Origin: Mobula hypostoma
Lineage: Eukaryota
Length of the DNA: 64,000 nt
Assembly: GCF_963921235.1 (NCBI RefSeq)
Contig: NC_086099.1
Location: 176,948,001 to 177,012,000, forward strand
Direction: 5' to 3'
The notes beneath the pieces are model-generated. The model saw only the letters and a program-made list of their open reading frames with translations. It had not been told where the DNA came from and did no database searches. The translations under genes and the position numbers were made by a program. Shown here one piece after another: positions 36,568 to 50,839 of this stretch (position 1 is its first letter; each line of letters starts with the position of its first letter).

Positions 36568-37429
36568 CTAAATTATTGTGAAAGGTGAAATAATTATTCA
36601 GTGTCATCTTAAACAGATAAACTTTATTTTAAAAAAATCCCAATAAAACCAGACAAATCACTGCAAATCTATTTGTATGTTTTGCATTTCTAATTGTCAT
36701 TAAGATGAGGGATCAGTGTTACAGTGTCAACTTTAATCACCAAACCTTGAATTTTTCTTATCAGTCATTATGTGTAAATAACATGCCAGTGCAAAATTAA
36801 AAAGAGTTTTGTTCACTTGTGTTATCACAAACTTCATGACTGAGATGCTACATAAATGCACAGAAATTAAGACTCTTCCACCACCAGTGAGACAATCATT
36901 CAATCAAGCTTGCTTCCAAAGATAACTGCTAAATTGATGTGTAATAGTCCCCTAATTACTTGGTCCACATGCAAGGCAAAATTAACACCCAACTTCTAAA
37001 TATATATTTCCATCTCACATATAATCTTATTTCACATACCAACTGAAAAGTTTGAAGGAACTGTTAAAACAAAATCTTTATATCTGTTTGTTTGTGCTCT
37101 TCTCGGTTTACCAATGACACGATGAGCTTTTTTCATTAAGGTAATATAAAGCAAGTATACAGAGTCTCGACCGAACTTAATTGTCACAACCAAAATCCTT
37201 TGGTCTTCAGAAAATAGAAAGAGACAGAAACATCAAGCAGTTGCTAATCTCTTGCCAGGTTGGTAAGCTAAATATGCTCTCATAATTTAAGAACATTGAG
37301 CTGCAACATCATTATAGTGCCAAAGAAATTCAGCTTCCATGCGTTGGTCATGCATGCTTGGTTTACAGGATTATTTTTCACAGCTACTATTACAGTTGTA
37401 ATTGTTCATGAAATATGGTACAATAAGCA

Positions 37430-37850
37430 GAAAGCATGCTGTCCACACAACTGTTCTACCCATGGCCGCAAGAAACAGCAAAGAGTTGTGGCCACGGCTC
37501 AGCACTTCCCAGAAACCAGCCACCCAACACGGACTCTGTTCATATTCCTCACTACCTCAGTAAAACAGCCAGCATAATCAAAGACCCCACCCACCTAAGA
37601 CATTCTCTCTCCTTCCCTATTCTGTTGGGCTGAAGATACAAAAGCCTGAAAGCACATAACACCAGGCTCAAGGACAACTTCTACCCCACTGTTATTTATA
37701 AGACTGCTGAATGGTTTCCTAGGACGATAAAATGGATTCTTGGCCTCACAACCTGCCTCGTTTAGGATCTTGCACCTTATTGTTTACCTGCACTGCACTT
37801 CCTCTGTAGCTGTTTCACTGTACCTTTGTGCATTTGACAATAATAAACCA
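37430..37850 (+). mobile_element. Rex1/Babar-type LINE 3' fragment
   Basis: KTASIIKDPTH..HSL motif and a tail ending caataataaacc. Confidence 0.6.
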
Positions 37851-38180
37851 ATATGTAAGGAGGCAATCAATTAAGATGGCTGTAATCTGTCATGCACATT
37901 ATCTTGTGAACAGTTGATTTCAACATCACACTGTTCCTTCAGGAACTGCCAGGATATATAGAAGTGGCCAACAGATGGGGTATATGAAGCTCTAACCACT
38001 GCCACATTAAAAGGAGAAGCTGTAGAAAAGGCAGGAGTATGTGAAAGGCCAGCCAGAGGTCTCTCAAAGCAGCGTCATCTCTTTTTTTTATGCCCAATCT
38101 TTGCTCATTGTCTTGATATAAAACTTTGATTTTGAAATATTTTTAAAAACAAGGATTCCAAAACACTTGTTTCCTCCAGG

Positions 38181-38405
38181 GATGCAAAAGACTGCAGATA
38201 CTGGAAGCTAGAGCAACATACTGAAAGTTTTTGGAACTCAGTAGGTCAGGCAGCATATATGGAGGGAAATTGACAGTCAAAGTTTGGGGTCAAGACCCTT
38301 CATTAGACAGTCCAGATGAAGGGTATCAAACCAAAATGTCGACTGTCCATTTTCCTCTGCAGATGCTGTCTGACCCACTGAGTCCCATCAGCTTGTTGTG
38401 TGTTG
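38181..38405. mobile_element. Old palindromic Penelope-like insertion with two back-to-back degenerate hammerheads
   Basis: Minus arm to ~38308, plus arm ccagatgaagggtatcaaaccaaaatgtcgactg; weak 13-bp TSD tgtttcctccagg / tttttccttctgg. Confidence 0.7.
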
Positions 38406-39903
38406 TTTTTCCTTCTGGTTCTTGGGTATGTACAATGTAACAGTTCACAATAGCTTTAATAAGGAGAAAGTAGCTCTATGAAGAAAGCTGATATGAGCTG
38501 ACCCAATAATACCTTTAAACACAGCTGGCAGATAATGAACTGATGGAGTGACAGATGCATCACGTATATAACAGGAGGGGCAAACACATGTGGAAATGAA
38601 AGAGATCCAGTTTGCTGGCTGCAAGTCAGTTCAGGAGCTCTATCAAAAATAAAAGTATTACTATTCTTAATATGCTAAGCTTGCTGTCAAATTTGATGGC
38701 TCAAAAAAGAACTTACTTTAATATTGGAGCCATTCATGAACTCAGAATGTACCATACACTTCAAAGCTACTTTAATAATGTATAATGTCTACAATATTTG
38801 ATTTGTGTGTGATAAGGACCACATAAATAATGACTATGACAGTGCAATTTTGTTCCCAAATATCTGCCCAAGATTCAAATGTAATCTTGTTTAAAAGTAT
38901 CCTGTGAAAGAAATCATCTATGTCTGTCAGTATTGCCTCTTTATTCCACCAAAACATCAGAATGGATTTTGTGCTCTGAACGCACAGCCTTCTAACTTGT
39001 ATACAGATAATAACACTGAAGATAGTTTATTCAGCCAGGAGGTAATATGTGCAACTAGATGTCCAAGTTGTATTTCATAAAGGTGTAAATGCACACTCAT
39101 GCTGGGAAACTCTCCACAGATGAGGTCTAACACAGATGCACCTTTACTGCAAACAATCTGTGCCTCAAACTACAGCACTCCTGTTTTCTCTAAATTCACC
39201 ATGTTTGTGAATCAAATTGAAGCAACCTACTAACACATTGAATATGTTGAGAAATGTCAAAGAAAGAAGCTTGGATCTCAGAGAACTGATGGGTTTGTCA
39301 TCAGATTGATGGCACATTCATAACATCCACTCATATGTTACTTAGCAGATAAACTTAAGCAGCCACTTTCACTGCAGATCCTCCTACAGAGATAACAGAA
39401 GTTGGACCTTCCACTTCAAATGGTAAGCACTGAAATTCCACTAAGTTTGTAATTACTACCTGTCCCCATTCCTCTCTTTGTTTATTTACCATTCTGGTTG
39501 CCCTCTTGTCCTTCCTCTTCTCACCTGCCCATCACATTGCTCTTGTTCCCTTCCTGTTCACTTCCTTCCTCTCCTATTAGGTTCTTTCCTCTTCATTCTT
39601 TTACCTCTTCCACTCATCTCTTCCCAGTTTCTTACTTCACCCCCCCAACCCTACCCACCCACCTTCCCCGTCACCTGGTCTTACCCATCACCTGGAGGCT
39701 TGCAGTCCTTTCCCTCCCTCAACCTTCTTATTCTGGTTTCTTTCCCCTTGCAGTTAGATTTACAGAAAGTTATACAGATCTATTCCAAGATACAAAAAAA
39801 AGTCTGCGGATCAAATTACTCTTTCACCCAACTCATAATTTAGGTAATAAACAGCATGCATACTGACAAAAAGAGGTTAAAGGTTGCAATTGTTTTTACT
39901 TAC

Positions 39904-40003
39904 ATGTGGTGCTGAAGCACCAGATACAAATAGATGGACAGGCTCCAAACTGTGCTTTCGTTTAATGTACTCCGCTGTAGCAAAACTGAGGTATGCCCCA
40001 AGA
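39904..40003 (-). CDS. OLAH: OLAH coding exon 3
   Basis: ccacag|...|gtaagt; (S)LGAYLSFATAEYIKRKHSLEPVHLFVSGASAPH; 100 bp; completes the GHSLG nucleophile motif. Confidence 0.95.
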
Positions 40004-40129
40004 CTGTGGAGGAAAACACATGGTTTGAGCCATTTGAGTTTTGGCCCAGATTTTAAATCAAGGATGAACACAATGAAATACTACTATGTCTTCAGTATTC
40101 ATTGATTGACTGGCAAACTGAGTGTTAAG

Positions 40130-40990
40130 AGGTAAAGTGCGAGTTTATGCACTTTAATAAATCAAAAGGCAGATTATCTAAATTAAGAGCAAGTGTAAGT
40201 GAATTAACTGCAAGAGATTTAGATGTTTTAGTACATGAATCAAGGCACTGAAAAGGCAAACTGCATTTTGCCTTTCAATGCAAAGGGAACAGAATTTAAA
40301 AATTGGGAGGTTTTGTTGCTGACCCAAGAGAAACTCACTTGCTAGAATCTAGTGTAAAAGTAAACTGTTGGAGGAATTCCAGAGTGACACATACAAAATG
40401 CGGGTGGAACTCAGTGTGTCAAGCAGCATCTATGGAAGCAAGGGGATGGTTGATGTTTTGGGTCATCAGGACAAGAAGATTTGTTGCATTTATGCATGGT
40501 ATTTATGATGCTTCACCTGGAATATGCTGTATTCAGTACCCTGACACAAAAAAAAAGACATAGTAACACTGCAGGCAGTACAAAGAGATTTACCAGACTA
40601 ATTCCTGGGATGAGAGAGCTGCTCTACCAAGAGAGACTAACTAATCTGGGCCTATATTTCTTCAGATTCAGAAGAATAAGTGATGACTTTAGTCAAATGT
40701 AAGTTCCTAAGGGGGCTTGACAGACCAGTTATTGGGATGTTTTCACCAGTAACAATACAGTTTCAAACAATGGGACATAACTACATGGTAAAAAGTCAAT
40801 CATTTAAAGCTGAGGTACACAGAAATTTACTTTTGCAGAGGGTGGTGAATCTCTGCATTGCGGTGTGATGGGACATAGATTATTATTAGTATTTAGAGGG
40901 AAAGTAGATGAATAGTTGATAGATTGATTAATAGAGAGATATGGCAAAATGGCACAAAAGAGACCTCAAGGGCCTGATAGCCTTTTACTC
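40130..40990 (+). mobile_element. Degenerate CR1 fragment with a small Penelope-like tail inserted (~40385-40475)
   Basis: KRFTRLIPGMRELLYQERLTNLGLY and QRVVNL motifs. Confidence 0.6.
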
Positions 40991-43639
40991 ATACTTCCTT
41001 GAGTAATACAACCCATTGGCATAGTTACTTATATTTGGTAGTGTAAGCATTTTCTGGACACTCTACATGTACTGTACATTTTGTTTACTCCTGTTCCAAC
41101 TATTATAAGTTAGCATTTACTGATCAAGCATACTGTCTACAGTTTAACAAGAAAACTACAAAAAAGGTAATTAAAAAAAAAATTGTGGGTCATTTTCAAG
41201 TAAACCCTTGAGATATCGATCTTTCCATACACATTTAGAAGAACACTGCAGCACAATACCCTTTGGCCCATAATGTTTTGCCGACCTTTTATCCTATTCT
41301 AAGATCAATCAACTTTCCACCCTAAAAGCCGTCCATTTTTCTATCATCCGTGGCTAAGAGTCTCTTAAATGTCCCTAATGTCCTTCTTGCTGAAATTGTT
41401 GTCCATCACCTGGGTAGCATGAATTTTACTCACTAGTTTAAACCCGAATCATTGTCCAGAGTATACTACATACAGACACAGGCAGCTTCATTACCTGTAA
41501 AGCTGAAGACAGAATTGAACACAGTAGAAAACTAACATCATGCTGAAGCAACTGAACATGTATGGACTCGGGACACTGCATGAGGAATTCCTGTAGCAAT
41601 GTCTTAGGAAAAACTGAGATGACTGACCTGCAAGAACAACAACCACTTTTCATGGTTGAAACTCAAACTTGACATCAAGGATAGTTATTCTCTCTTCAGC
41701 TCTGGAATTTGCTTCTTTTCCCCATGTATGGAACAAGGCAATAATGATGTTGAGAGCAAAGTCATCCTGGCAGAACTGAGCATCGGTCAGCAAGTTACAC
41801 AGTCAAAGTTGAGTGTATTGTTAAATGCATAGCTGTGATGAACCCAGTTACAGGTGACTTCTGTGTAAAAGGACTATTCAGCCCCTTCAATCCAGACTGG
41901 AATTTTCATACTTAACCTAGACAGAGTTAAGTCAGGCAATTTTCTATTTTCTTCAAGTAAATGCAAATGCTGTGCTATACAATAATATATCTAGAGGCAA
42001 GTGAGTAAAGGGGGAATTATACTTGTAAAAATAATATATTGGGGAAATTAACTTGTATTTCTCAAGTTGCAATATATTGCTTAAAATTCAATTAACTCTG
42101 AATGCTTTGGCCATACCAATCACTACTAGGGCCACAAATTACTGGACTAAACAAAAGCACCTGAGTATATCATAGATAAGGGTGAAAGGTGAAATATTTA
42201 AGGGGAACATGAGGGGAAACTTCTTCATTCAGAGGGTGGCGAGAGTGTGGAACCACCTGCCAGCATAAGTGGTGGACGCAGGTTTGATTTCAACTTTTAA
42301 GAGAAATTTGGATAGGTACATGGATGGGAGAGGTATGAAGGGCTTATGGTCCAGGTGTAGGTCAATGGGACTAGGCAGATTAATGGTTCGGCATGGACTA
42401 GATGGGCCAAAGGTCTTGTCTTAATGTAGAGTTATAGAACACTACAGCATAGAAACATGTCTTCAATGTATTTATTAGACTGCATTAACTATGTAGAATT
42501 ATCTTCACAGGGATGAAATTATAAAACCGGAGGGGGCTTGCACATCTCTCCAAGCCACTAGAGTTATCTGACACATCATGATGTCTGCGCTCCATGTGCA
42601 CATTGGGGAAATGATAATTGATATGTCTGCAATGACAACATCTTCAAGTTTTATTCTGGAAAGAAACTAGTGACAATCAACATTACTGCAATCATAAAAT
42701 GTTTCATTTCTTCCTAACTAAAACGAACACCAGGACATAAGACAAAGGAGGAGGAGGATACTCAGCCCTCAAGCTTGCACCATCATTCAGTTACATCGTG
42801 ACAGATCTAGGTCAATGTCATTTTCCTGCCCTCACCATATATTACTGCACTCCTTTAATGCTCAGTTATTTATCACTTTCAGTTTTGAATAAAATCAACG
42901 GCCAAGCCTCCATAATCCTCTAGGGTAGAGAATTCCAAAGATTTGACAATCTGAGTTAAGAAATTTCTCATTTTTGAATGGTCCACTGTGGTTCCTAGTT
43001 CTTGACTCCTCCTCACATCTACCCTGAAAAGCCTTCTAATAATTTTGTCTGTTTTGAAAGAAGCCACCTCTCATTCTTCTGAAATCTAAATATAGGCCCA
43101 GCTGATTTAGTATGTCCTATTATAACAGATCACAATCCACCAAGCAGGAACAAATCTGGTGAATCTTTGCTGTACTCTCTGGATGGCCTTTATATCCTTC
43201 CTCAGCAAAGTGTACAAAGCTCCAGCAGAGGTCTCAACAAGGTCTTACATAATTGTAATAACTTGTGTACTTAAATCCTCTTGCAATAAAAGCCAATGTA
43301 CCATCTACCATCCTAATAATCTGCAGCACTTGCCTCATTAGCATCCCCTTTCATAATGGATCATCCAGATTGCTAATGCCTTTTGCCAGGGCAAATGATG
43401 TAATTGTTTTCTACAATGATATATGGAAGAAAAGGGCCCTATATTCAAGTGTTCATAAAATAATGTAAGTTTCTTTTTCAAAATGCATTGAAAACCATTA
43501 TTAGGTTTCACATGATAAAACCATTAAGAATTGTTGATGTTTACCTCCACCCATTAATGTCAGAGAATCTTATCTGCTTGTCAGTCCTATTCAGTTCCTT
43601 CTCCTCACTTCTTTTTCTTGCAGAAAGTTTTAAAGTTAT

Positions 43640-44160
43640 CAATCTCCCTTCATCTCCCTGGACCGCACTTCCATCTTCAGCAACATCCACTCCTATTCCC
43701 ATGCAATGGTAGGAAGTGGAATCTCTGCCCTTCTACCTCACCCCTTCCTGCTACCGAGGAATCCAAACACTACTTCCAAGTGAAGCAGTGGTTCATTTGG
43801 ATTCTTCTAGTTTACTGTTCTGTAGTCAATGTTCACAACTTGGTTTCCCTACAACGGAGAATCCAGATGCACGTGTGTGGCCACTGTGCACAATACCTCC
43901 ACTCAGTCTGCAGAAAGATTCTAAACTTATGAATGTTTGTCATTTTAATGCTCCCCCGCACTCCTACCTCTTTCCTCTCTTCTTTGGCTTCCTTTATTCT
44001 TCTAATGAAATCCAAAAGAAGATCAAGGACCAGTAGCTCATCTTACTGCTTAGCATATTACAGCCTTCAAGACTTAACAGCTAGTTAAGCAATTTCCAAT
44101 AACCAGACTTTCCAGCTTGTATCGGAACTGACTGGTTCTGATAAACAGTCATTAACCTGC
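43640..44160 (+). mobile_element. Old Penelope-like GIY-YIG remnant
   Basis: HYFQVKQWF, FCSQCSQ, VCHFNAPPHS and the downstream cagccttcaagacttaac are degenerate versions of the GIY-YIG region. Confidence 0.55.
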
Positions 44161-44990
44161 TTCTCTCTTTCCTTCCCCTTGCACCCTACCTCCCTCATCC
44201 ATTTCCCACCAAAGTAATTTTCCTATCACCCTCCTACCTGGTTCCTCACCACCTCTTACCAATTCCGTCTAGCACAACTGTCTTCTTGAAACAAAACAAC
44301 AGCTAAGTTATTTGATGTCACTTTCAGCATGTTGAAGGCAAGTTTGCTTCAGAAATTCATTTGTTGTCTGGCCTGCTGAGAATTTCCAGCAGTTTGTTTT
44401 TGTTTCAGATTTCCAGCCACTGCAGATCCTTGCCTTCAGATAATTGTAATTTGCATTATACCACCCTCATTGTACAGCCAATCCATTGAGAACATTCCCT
44501 TTCTACAACACAGAGCTAGCTTTAAGAAATAATCACACAACATAAATTGTTTTGAGCACCTCCACCTATCTTTCTTAACTACTTTGCATCTTCCCCAGTT
44601 TCCTCTTTCCACCTCTCCATTTCTTTTTCTCTCTTTTTAACCTCATCTACCTGCAACCATGTTCTTTTCCCTAACTTCCTACTTGATACCTATAATCGCT
44701 TCCTTTGAATTACTTTTGTTCTAAAACTGTTAATTTTTTGCTGCTTTTTTTGCCACGTTAGTGTAAATAAGCTGAAAGAAAATAACTTCTAAAACTGACA
44801 TTTCATCATATGCCGTGCACCTGTTAAACAAGAAATAACATTGAAGTTAATACCAATCGCATTTATCAGTTACTAAAGCTGATACTGCAATGAGTGAAGT
44901 CTAATTGATAACACATTAACATTTTAAAATTGCTTTATAAGCCATTTAACAAGAAACTATTTTTGATGGAAATGGCCTTCTTATTTATAG

Positions 44991-45095
44991 AAACATAGAA
45001 AATAGGTGCAGGAGTAGGCCATTCGGCCCTTCGAGCCTGCACCGCCATTTATTATGATCATGGCTGATCATCCAACTCAGAACCCCACCCCAGCC
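44991..45095 (-). mobile_element. Very short CR1 3' end insertion
   Basis: tttctatg tail; TSD ttatag (44985-44990, 45096-45101). Confidence 0.75.
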
Positions 45096-45133
45096 TTATA
45101 GCCAAGCATGCTAAATTGATTTATCTTTCATAC

Positions 45134-45272
45134 CTGTGACCAAAAAATGCAAAAGGCTTCTCTTTAAGACTAGGCAGTAAGATGGTGGCAATTTCATCAA
45201 TGAGCTGCTGAATGTTCTGCATAAAAGGTTCCTTAGAACGAGTTTCTCTTCCAGGAAGACGTATAGAATAAA
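45134..45272 (-). CDS. OLAH: OLAH coding exon 2
   Basis: tttcag|...|gtatga; (V)YSIRLPGRETRSKEPFMQNIQQLIDEIATILLPSLKEKPFAFFGH(S); 139 bp. Confidence 0.95.
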
Positions 45273-45694
45273 CTGAAATTTAAAACATTATTCCGGGCAT
45301 TAATTTAAACTATTATACTATAAAGGGAGATCCAATTTACAATAAAGTCTGTGCATTTTATATTGATAAGGGGTTGTGGAAGAGCTGAAACAGGGACATA
45401 GTGGTAAGCTTCAACACTGATATTCTTGCTACTTTAACAACCGAATTGGAGAAGGATATAATGGTAGAAAGTCTTAGGGCAAATTTTCAGTCACTATTGT
45501 GATGGATATTACACAATCACATGAAAGATCCTTCATTAGAACCTACAGGTTCCACATACTGAAAAACCAAGTATTTCTATTACCACAGATGCTACCTGAT
45601 CTGCCAAGAGTTTATAGCATTTTCTACCTTATTTAAGACATACAGCATTTTTTTAAATGATCATTACCATGAAAACAATATTTTTTGTCATGTT

Positions 45695-48530
45695 AGACCA
45701 TGACATAGGAGCAGAAACAGGCCATTTCAGCCTGTTGAGTCTGCTCCACCATTCCATCATGGCTGATCTATTTTTCTCTTAACCCCATTCTTCTGCCTTC
45801 TCCCCATAACTTTTCACACCTTCACTAGGCAAGAACCAATCAACCTCCGCCTTAAATACACCCAATGACCTGGCCTCCACAGCCCACTGTGGCAACAAAT
45901 TCCACAGGTTCACCCTGTCTGGCAAAATAAATTCTTCCTCATCTCTGTTTTAAATGGACACCCTCTAAGGCTGTACACTCTCGTCCTTAACTCCTCCATC
46001 ACAGGAAACATCCTCTCCATATACACTCAACCTAGGCCTTTCAACATTCAACAGGGTTCAATGAGATTCCCCACCATTTTTCTAAATTCCAGCGAGTAAA
46101 GGCCCAGAGCCATCAATCACTCCTCATATGATAACCCTTTCATTCCCTGAATTTTTCTCATCAACCTCCTCTGAACCCTCTCCAATGTCAGCACATCCTT
46201 TCTTAAGGACCCAAAACTGTTCACGATACTCCAAGTGAGGTCTCACCACTGCCTTATAAAGCCTCAGCGTTACATCCTTGGTTTTATATTCTCAAAATGA
46301 ATGCTAATATTTCATTTGCCTTTGTCACCACTGACTCAACCTGCAAATTAACCTTTAGGGAATTCTATACGAAGACTCTCAAGTCCCTTTGCACCTCAGA
46401 TTTTTGAATTTTCTGCCCGTTAAGAAAATAGTCCAAGCTTTTATTCCTTCTACCAAAGTGCATGGCTGTATACTTCGTGACACCGTATTCCATCTGCTAC
46501 TTCTTTGCCTGTTCTCCTAAACTGTCCAAGTCCTGCTGCAGCCTCCCAGCTTCCTCAACACTGCCTGCCCCCTCAACACTACCTGCCCCCTCCATGTATC
46601 TTCACATCATCCAAAAATTTGGCCACGAAGCCATCAATTCCATCATCCAAATCATTGGCATACAACATAAGAAGTAGTGGTACCAACACGGACCCCTGTG
46701 GAACACCACTGGTCACTGGCAGCCAAACAAAAAAGGTACCATTTATACCCACTCTTTGCCCCCTGCCAATCACTCAATGCTCTATCCATGCTAGTTTCTT
46801 TCCTGTAATAGCATAGGCTCTTACCTTGCTAAGTAGCCTCATATGCAGCACCTTGTCAAAATCCTTCTGAAAATCCAAGTACACATCATCCACAGGTTCT
46901 CCATTGTCAGTCAAGAATTTTACTGAAGGCAAACATGCTCACTTTGAGCAGATGCCTTCAAATACCCTGAAACCTCTTTCTTACCAGTCAACTTCAACAA
47001 CTTCCCAACTACTAAGGTGAGGCTAACTGGTCTATAATTTCCTTTCTTTGGCCTCCCTCCCGTCTTGAAGCATGAAGTGATATTTGTAATTTTCAAGACT
47101 TTCAGAACAATACCAGAATCTATTGATTCTTGAAAGATCATTACTAATGGCTTCAGTTGCCTCTTTCAGAACCCTGAGGTGTCTTTGGTCCAAATGACAT
47201 ATCTACCTCAGGGTCTTTCAGTTTCCCAAGCATCTTCTCTCTAGTAATAGCATCTACACACACTTCTATCCCCTGATATGCTCAAACTTCCAGCATACTG
47301 CTAGTGTCTTCCACAGTGAAGACTGACACAAAATCCCTATTTAGTTTGCCCGCCATTTCCTTGTCCTCCATTTCTATCTTTGCAGTGTCATTTTCCAGTG
47401 ATCTGATATTTACTCTCACCTCTCTTTTACTACTTATTTCCCTGAAAAAACTTTTTGTATCCTCTTTGATATCATTTGGTAACTTAACTTCATATTTCAT
47501 CATAAAAAGCAGTCCCAGCACACAACCCTGCGAAACACCACTGGTCACGGGCAGCCAATCAGAAAAGGCACCTTTAATTCTCACTCTTTGCCCCCAGCCA
47601 ATTAACCAATGCCCTATCCATGCTAGTTTCTTTCCTGTAATACCATGGGCTCTTGTTAAGCAGCTTCATGTACTACACCTTGTAAAGGCTTTCTGAAATC
47701 CAAGTACACAACATTCACCGATTCTCTCGTCTATCCTGCTGGTTTTTTCCTCAAACAATTCTAACAGATTTGCCAGGCAAGATTTCCCCTTAAGAAACTA
47801 TGCTGACTTTTGGTCCATTTTATCATGTGATAGAGGTATTTAAAATTATGAGGGGGATAGATAGAGTTGACGTGGATAGGCTTTTTCCATTGAGAGCAGG
47901 GGAGATTCAAGCAAGAGGACATGAGTTGAGAGTTAGAGGGCAAAAGATTAGGGGTAACATGAGGGAGAACTTCTTTACTCAGAGAACGGGCTTCCAGCAG
48001 AAGTGGTTGAGTCAGGTTCGATGTTGTCATTTAAAGTTAAATTGGACAGCTATATGGACAGGAAAAGAATGGAGGGTTATGGGCTGAGTGCAGGTCAGTG
48101 GGACTAGGTGAGAGTAAGAGTTCAGCATGGACTAGAAGGGCCAAGATGGCCTGTTTCCAAGCTGTAATTGTTATATGGTTATATGTGCCTCCAAGTATCC
48201 AAGCACCTCCTACATTTCAGTATCCTCTTTGATATCGCTGGCTAGCTTACCTTCACATTTCATCTTTTCCTCTCTTTATGGCCTTTTACTTGCCTTCTGT
48301 TGGTTTTTAAAAGTTTCCCAATCCTTTAACCTCCCACTAAGTTTTGAGCTATTATACGCCCTCTTATTGGCTTTCATGTTTGCCTTGACTTCCCTTGTCA
48401 GCCTCAGATGCATCATACTGCCTTTGGAATACTTCTTTGTGCTTATCCTTCTAAGTTGCTCCCAGAAATCAGAGCCATTGCTGCTCTGTGGTCATTCCTG
48501 TTAGTGACCCCTTCCAATCAAATTTGGACA
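45695..48530 (-). mobile_element. Cluster of rearranged CR1 fragments, mostly minus, with a plus 3' piece nested at ~47826-48183
   Basis: Repeated WLPVTSGV(P/S)QG, GNYRPVSLT and IEVFKIMRGIDRV motifs with frameshifts. Confidence 0.75.
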
Positions 48531-49324
48531 GCTGAACATGTTGCAACAGATTCGGTTGTCTTGTTATCCTGATATTGTAAACTCCAATGTTTATTAATTG
48601 TGTTCCTTTAAGTTTCTTGTTTAAGATTGGCAGTGGCCTTGGATTGACCAGATTATTGACAGCTGTTTGAATTTCAAGTTTCCAGCATCTGCAATATTTT
48701 GCTTTTGTAATTATATTTACAAATGGATTCCACATAGGAACGGAATTGGTAAACTACAATTGTCTTAAGTTTCCTCCTGTGCTAAGAGTAGATAAAATTT
48801 GCACAAGTTCAAGTTTCTTAATGTTAGCAAATGTCCCAAGTCCAGAAGTATTTGTCTATGGATATTGATTAAAGACAGATATGAGTACAGCTTCAAGACT
48901 TTACATTCATAGTCATAGTCATAATTTATTGATCCCGGGGGAAATAGGTTTTTGTTACAGTTGCACCATAAATAATAAATAGTAATAGAACCATAAATAG
49001 TTAAATAGCCTAAAATAGAATAGAACCATAAATAGTTCAAATAGCCTAATAACATTAAATTTATAAAGTGGTATCAGAGTACTAGCAGGACTAACAGACT
49101 AAAAGGGTAATTACGTGACAGACCCTACGGTGTAGCAGCTGTGACTTCATACTGTCCTAAATGCACAGGATTACTCCTACTCTAGCATGAATCACTACCT
49201 TCAAATGTTTGAAGAAAATTATAAAATTAAGTGTAAGAGTTAACTGCTGAAAATATTATATTCAGCAATTGTCATGTCCTTTTTTATATACACATGGATA
49301 TGTATAGGCATATAGAAATAGATG

Positions 49325-50515
49325 CAAACTATTTAAGAGCAGGGAGGTTATGTTGCAACTGTATAGGGTACTGGTGAGGCCACACCTGGAGTACTGTGTG
49401 TAGTTCTGGTCTTAGAAACATAGAAAACCTGCAACACAATACAGGCCCTTCGGCCCACAATGCTGTGCCAAATATGTACTTACTTTAGAAATTACCTAGG
49501 GTAATAGCCCTCTATTTTTCTAACCTCCATGTACCTATCCAGGAGTCTCTTAAAAGACCCCATTGTATCTGCCTCTACCACCGTTGCCAGCAGCCCACTC
49601 CACACACTCTCCACTCTCTGTGTAAAAAACTTTCCCCTGACATCTCCTCTGTACCTACTTCCAAGCACCTTAAAACTGTGTCCTCTCGTGTTAGCCATTT
49701 CAGCACTGGGAAAAAGCCTCTGACTATCCACACGATCAATGCCTCTCATCATCTTATACACCTCTATCAGGTCACCCCTCATCCTCTGTCGCTCCAAGGA
49801 GAAAAGGCCGAGTTCACTCAACCTATTCTCATAAGGCATGCTCCCCAATCCAGGCAACATCCTTGTATATCTCCTCTGCACACTTTCTATAGTTTCCACA
49901 TCCTTCCTGTAGTGAGGCGACCGGAACTGAGCGCAGTACTCCAAGTGGAGTCTGACCAGGGTCCAAAATAGCTATAACATTACCTCTCGGCTCTTGAACT
50001 CAATCCCACAGATGAAGGCCAATGCACCGTATGCCTTCTTAATCACAGAGTCAACCTGTGTAGCAGCTTTCAGTGTCCTATGGACTTGGAGCCCAAAATC
50101 TCTCTGATCCTCACTCGGACCCCAAGATCCCTCTTCTTACTTGAGGAATGATATACTGGCTTTGGAGGCGGTGCAGAGGAGGTTCACCAGGTTGATTCCA
50201 GTGATGAGGGTGTTAAGACTATGAGGTGAGATTGAGTCACCTGGGACTGTACTTGCTGGAATTCAGAAGAATGAGAGGAGATCTTATAGAAACATACAAA
50301 ATTATGAAATGGATAGATAAGAAAGAGCCAGAAAAGTTGTTTCCATTGGTAGGTAAGACTAGAACTATGGGACATAGCCTCAAGATTTGGGGGAGTAGAT
50401 TTAGGACAGAGATGAGGAGGAACTGCTTCTTCCAGAGAGGGGTGAATCTGTGGAATTCTCTTCCCTGTGAAGCAGTGGAGGCTACCTCAGTAAATATATT
50501 TAAGACAAGGTTGGA
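49325..50515. mobile_element. Plus-strand CR1 3' fragment with a minus-strand CR1 (~49414-50130) nested inside
   Basis: Host reads gtgaggccacacctggagtactgtgtgtagttctggtc...ttacttgagg across the insert; insert ORF 49492-49944 EYCAQF...RMRGDLIEVYK. Confidence 0.8.
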
Positions 50516-50839
50516 TATCAAATGGAACTTGTCTTACTGCTGGAGGATGAAACTAAGCCGAAATACTTATCTAACAGCCAAGTTTTGCATTCTTAACACA
50601 AGATAGTTTTGTATGGAAGCTATACTCTTCTCCAATATTTAACTTCAAATCCTTGGCTCTGAATTTAGACTTTGTGGATCATTATAAGAATGGGAAATAT
50701 TTTGTAAATTTCTTTTCCTATATTGCACTATTGTTTTTTCTACGCCATCCGTCTTTCCAATATGGCACTTAGCTGCTTATGATGTTAATTGGCACCGGAA
50801 AAGCTCAGGTCTCTGGACACCACAGGTCCCAATGTTCCG

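Noticed and set aside
48905-49050. Short tandem duplication (aatagaaccataaatagtt) and (catagt)n
   Set aside because: Looks like the 3' tail of a minus-strand LINE with local slippage; nothing further to explain.
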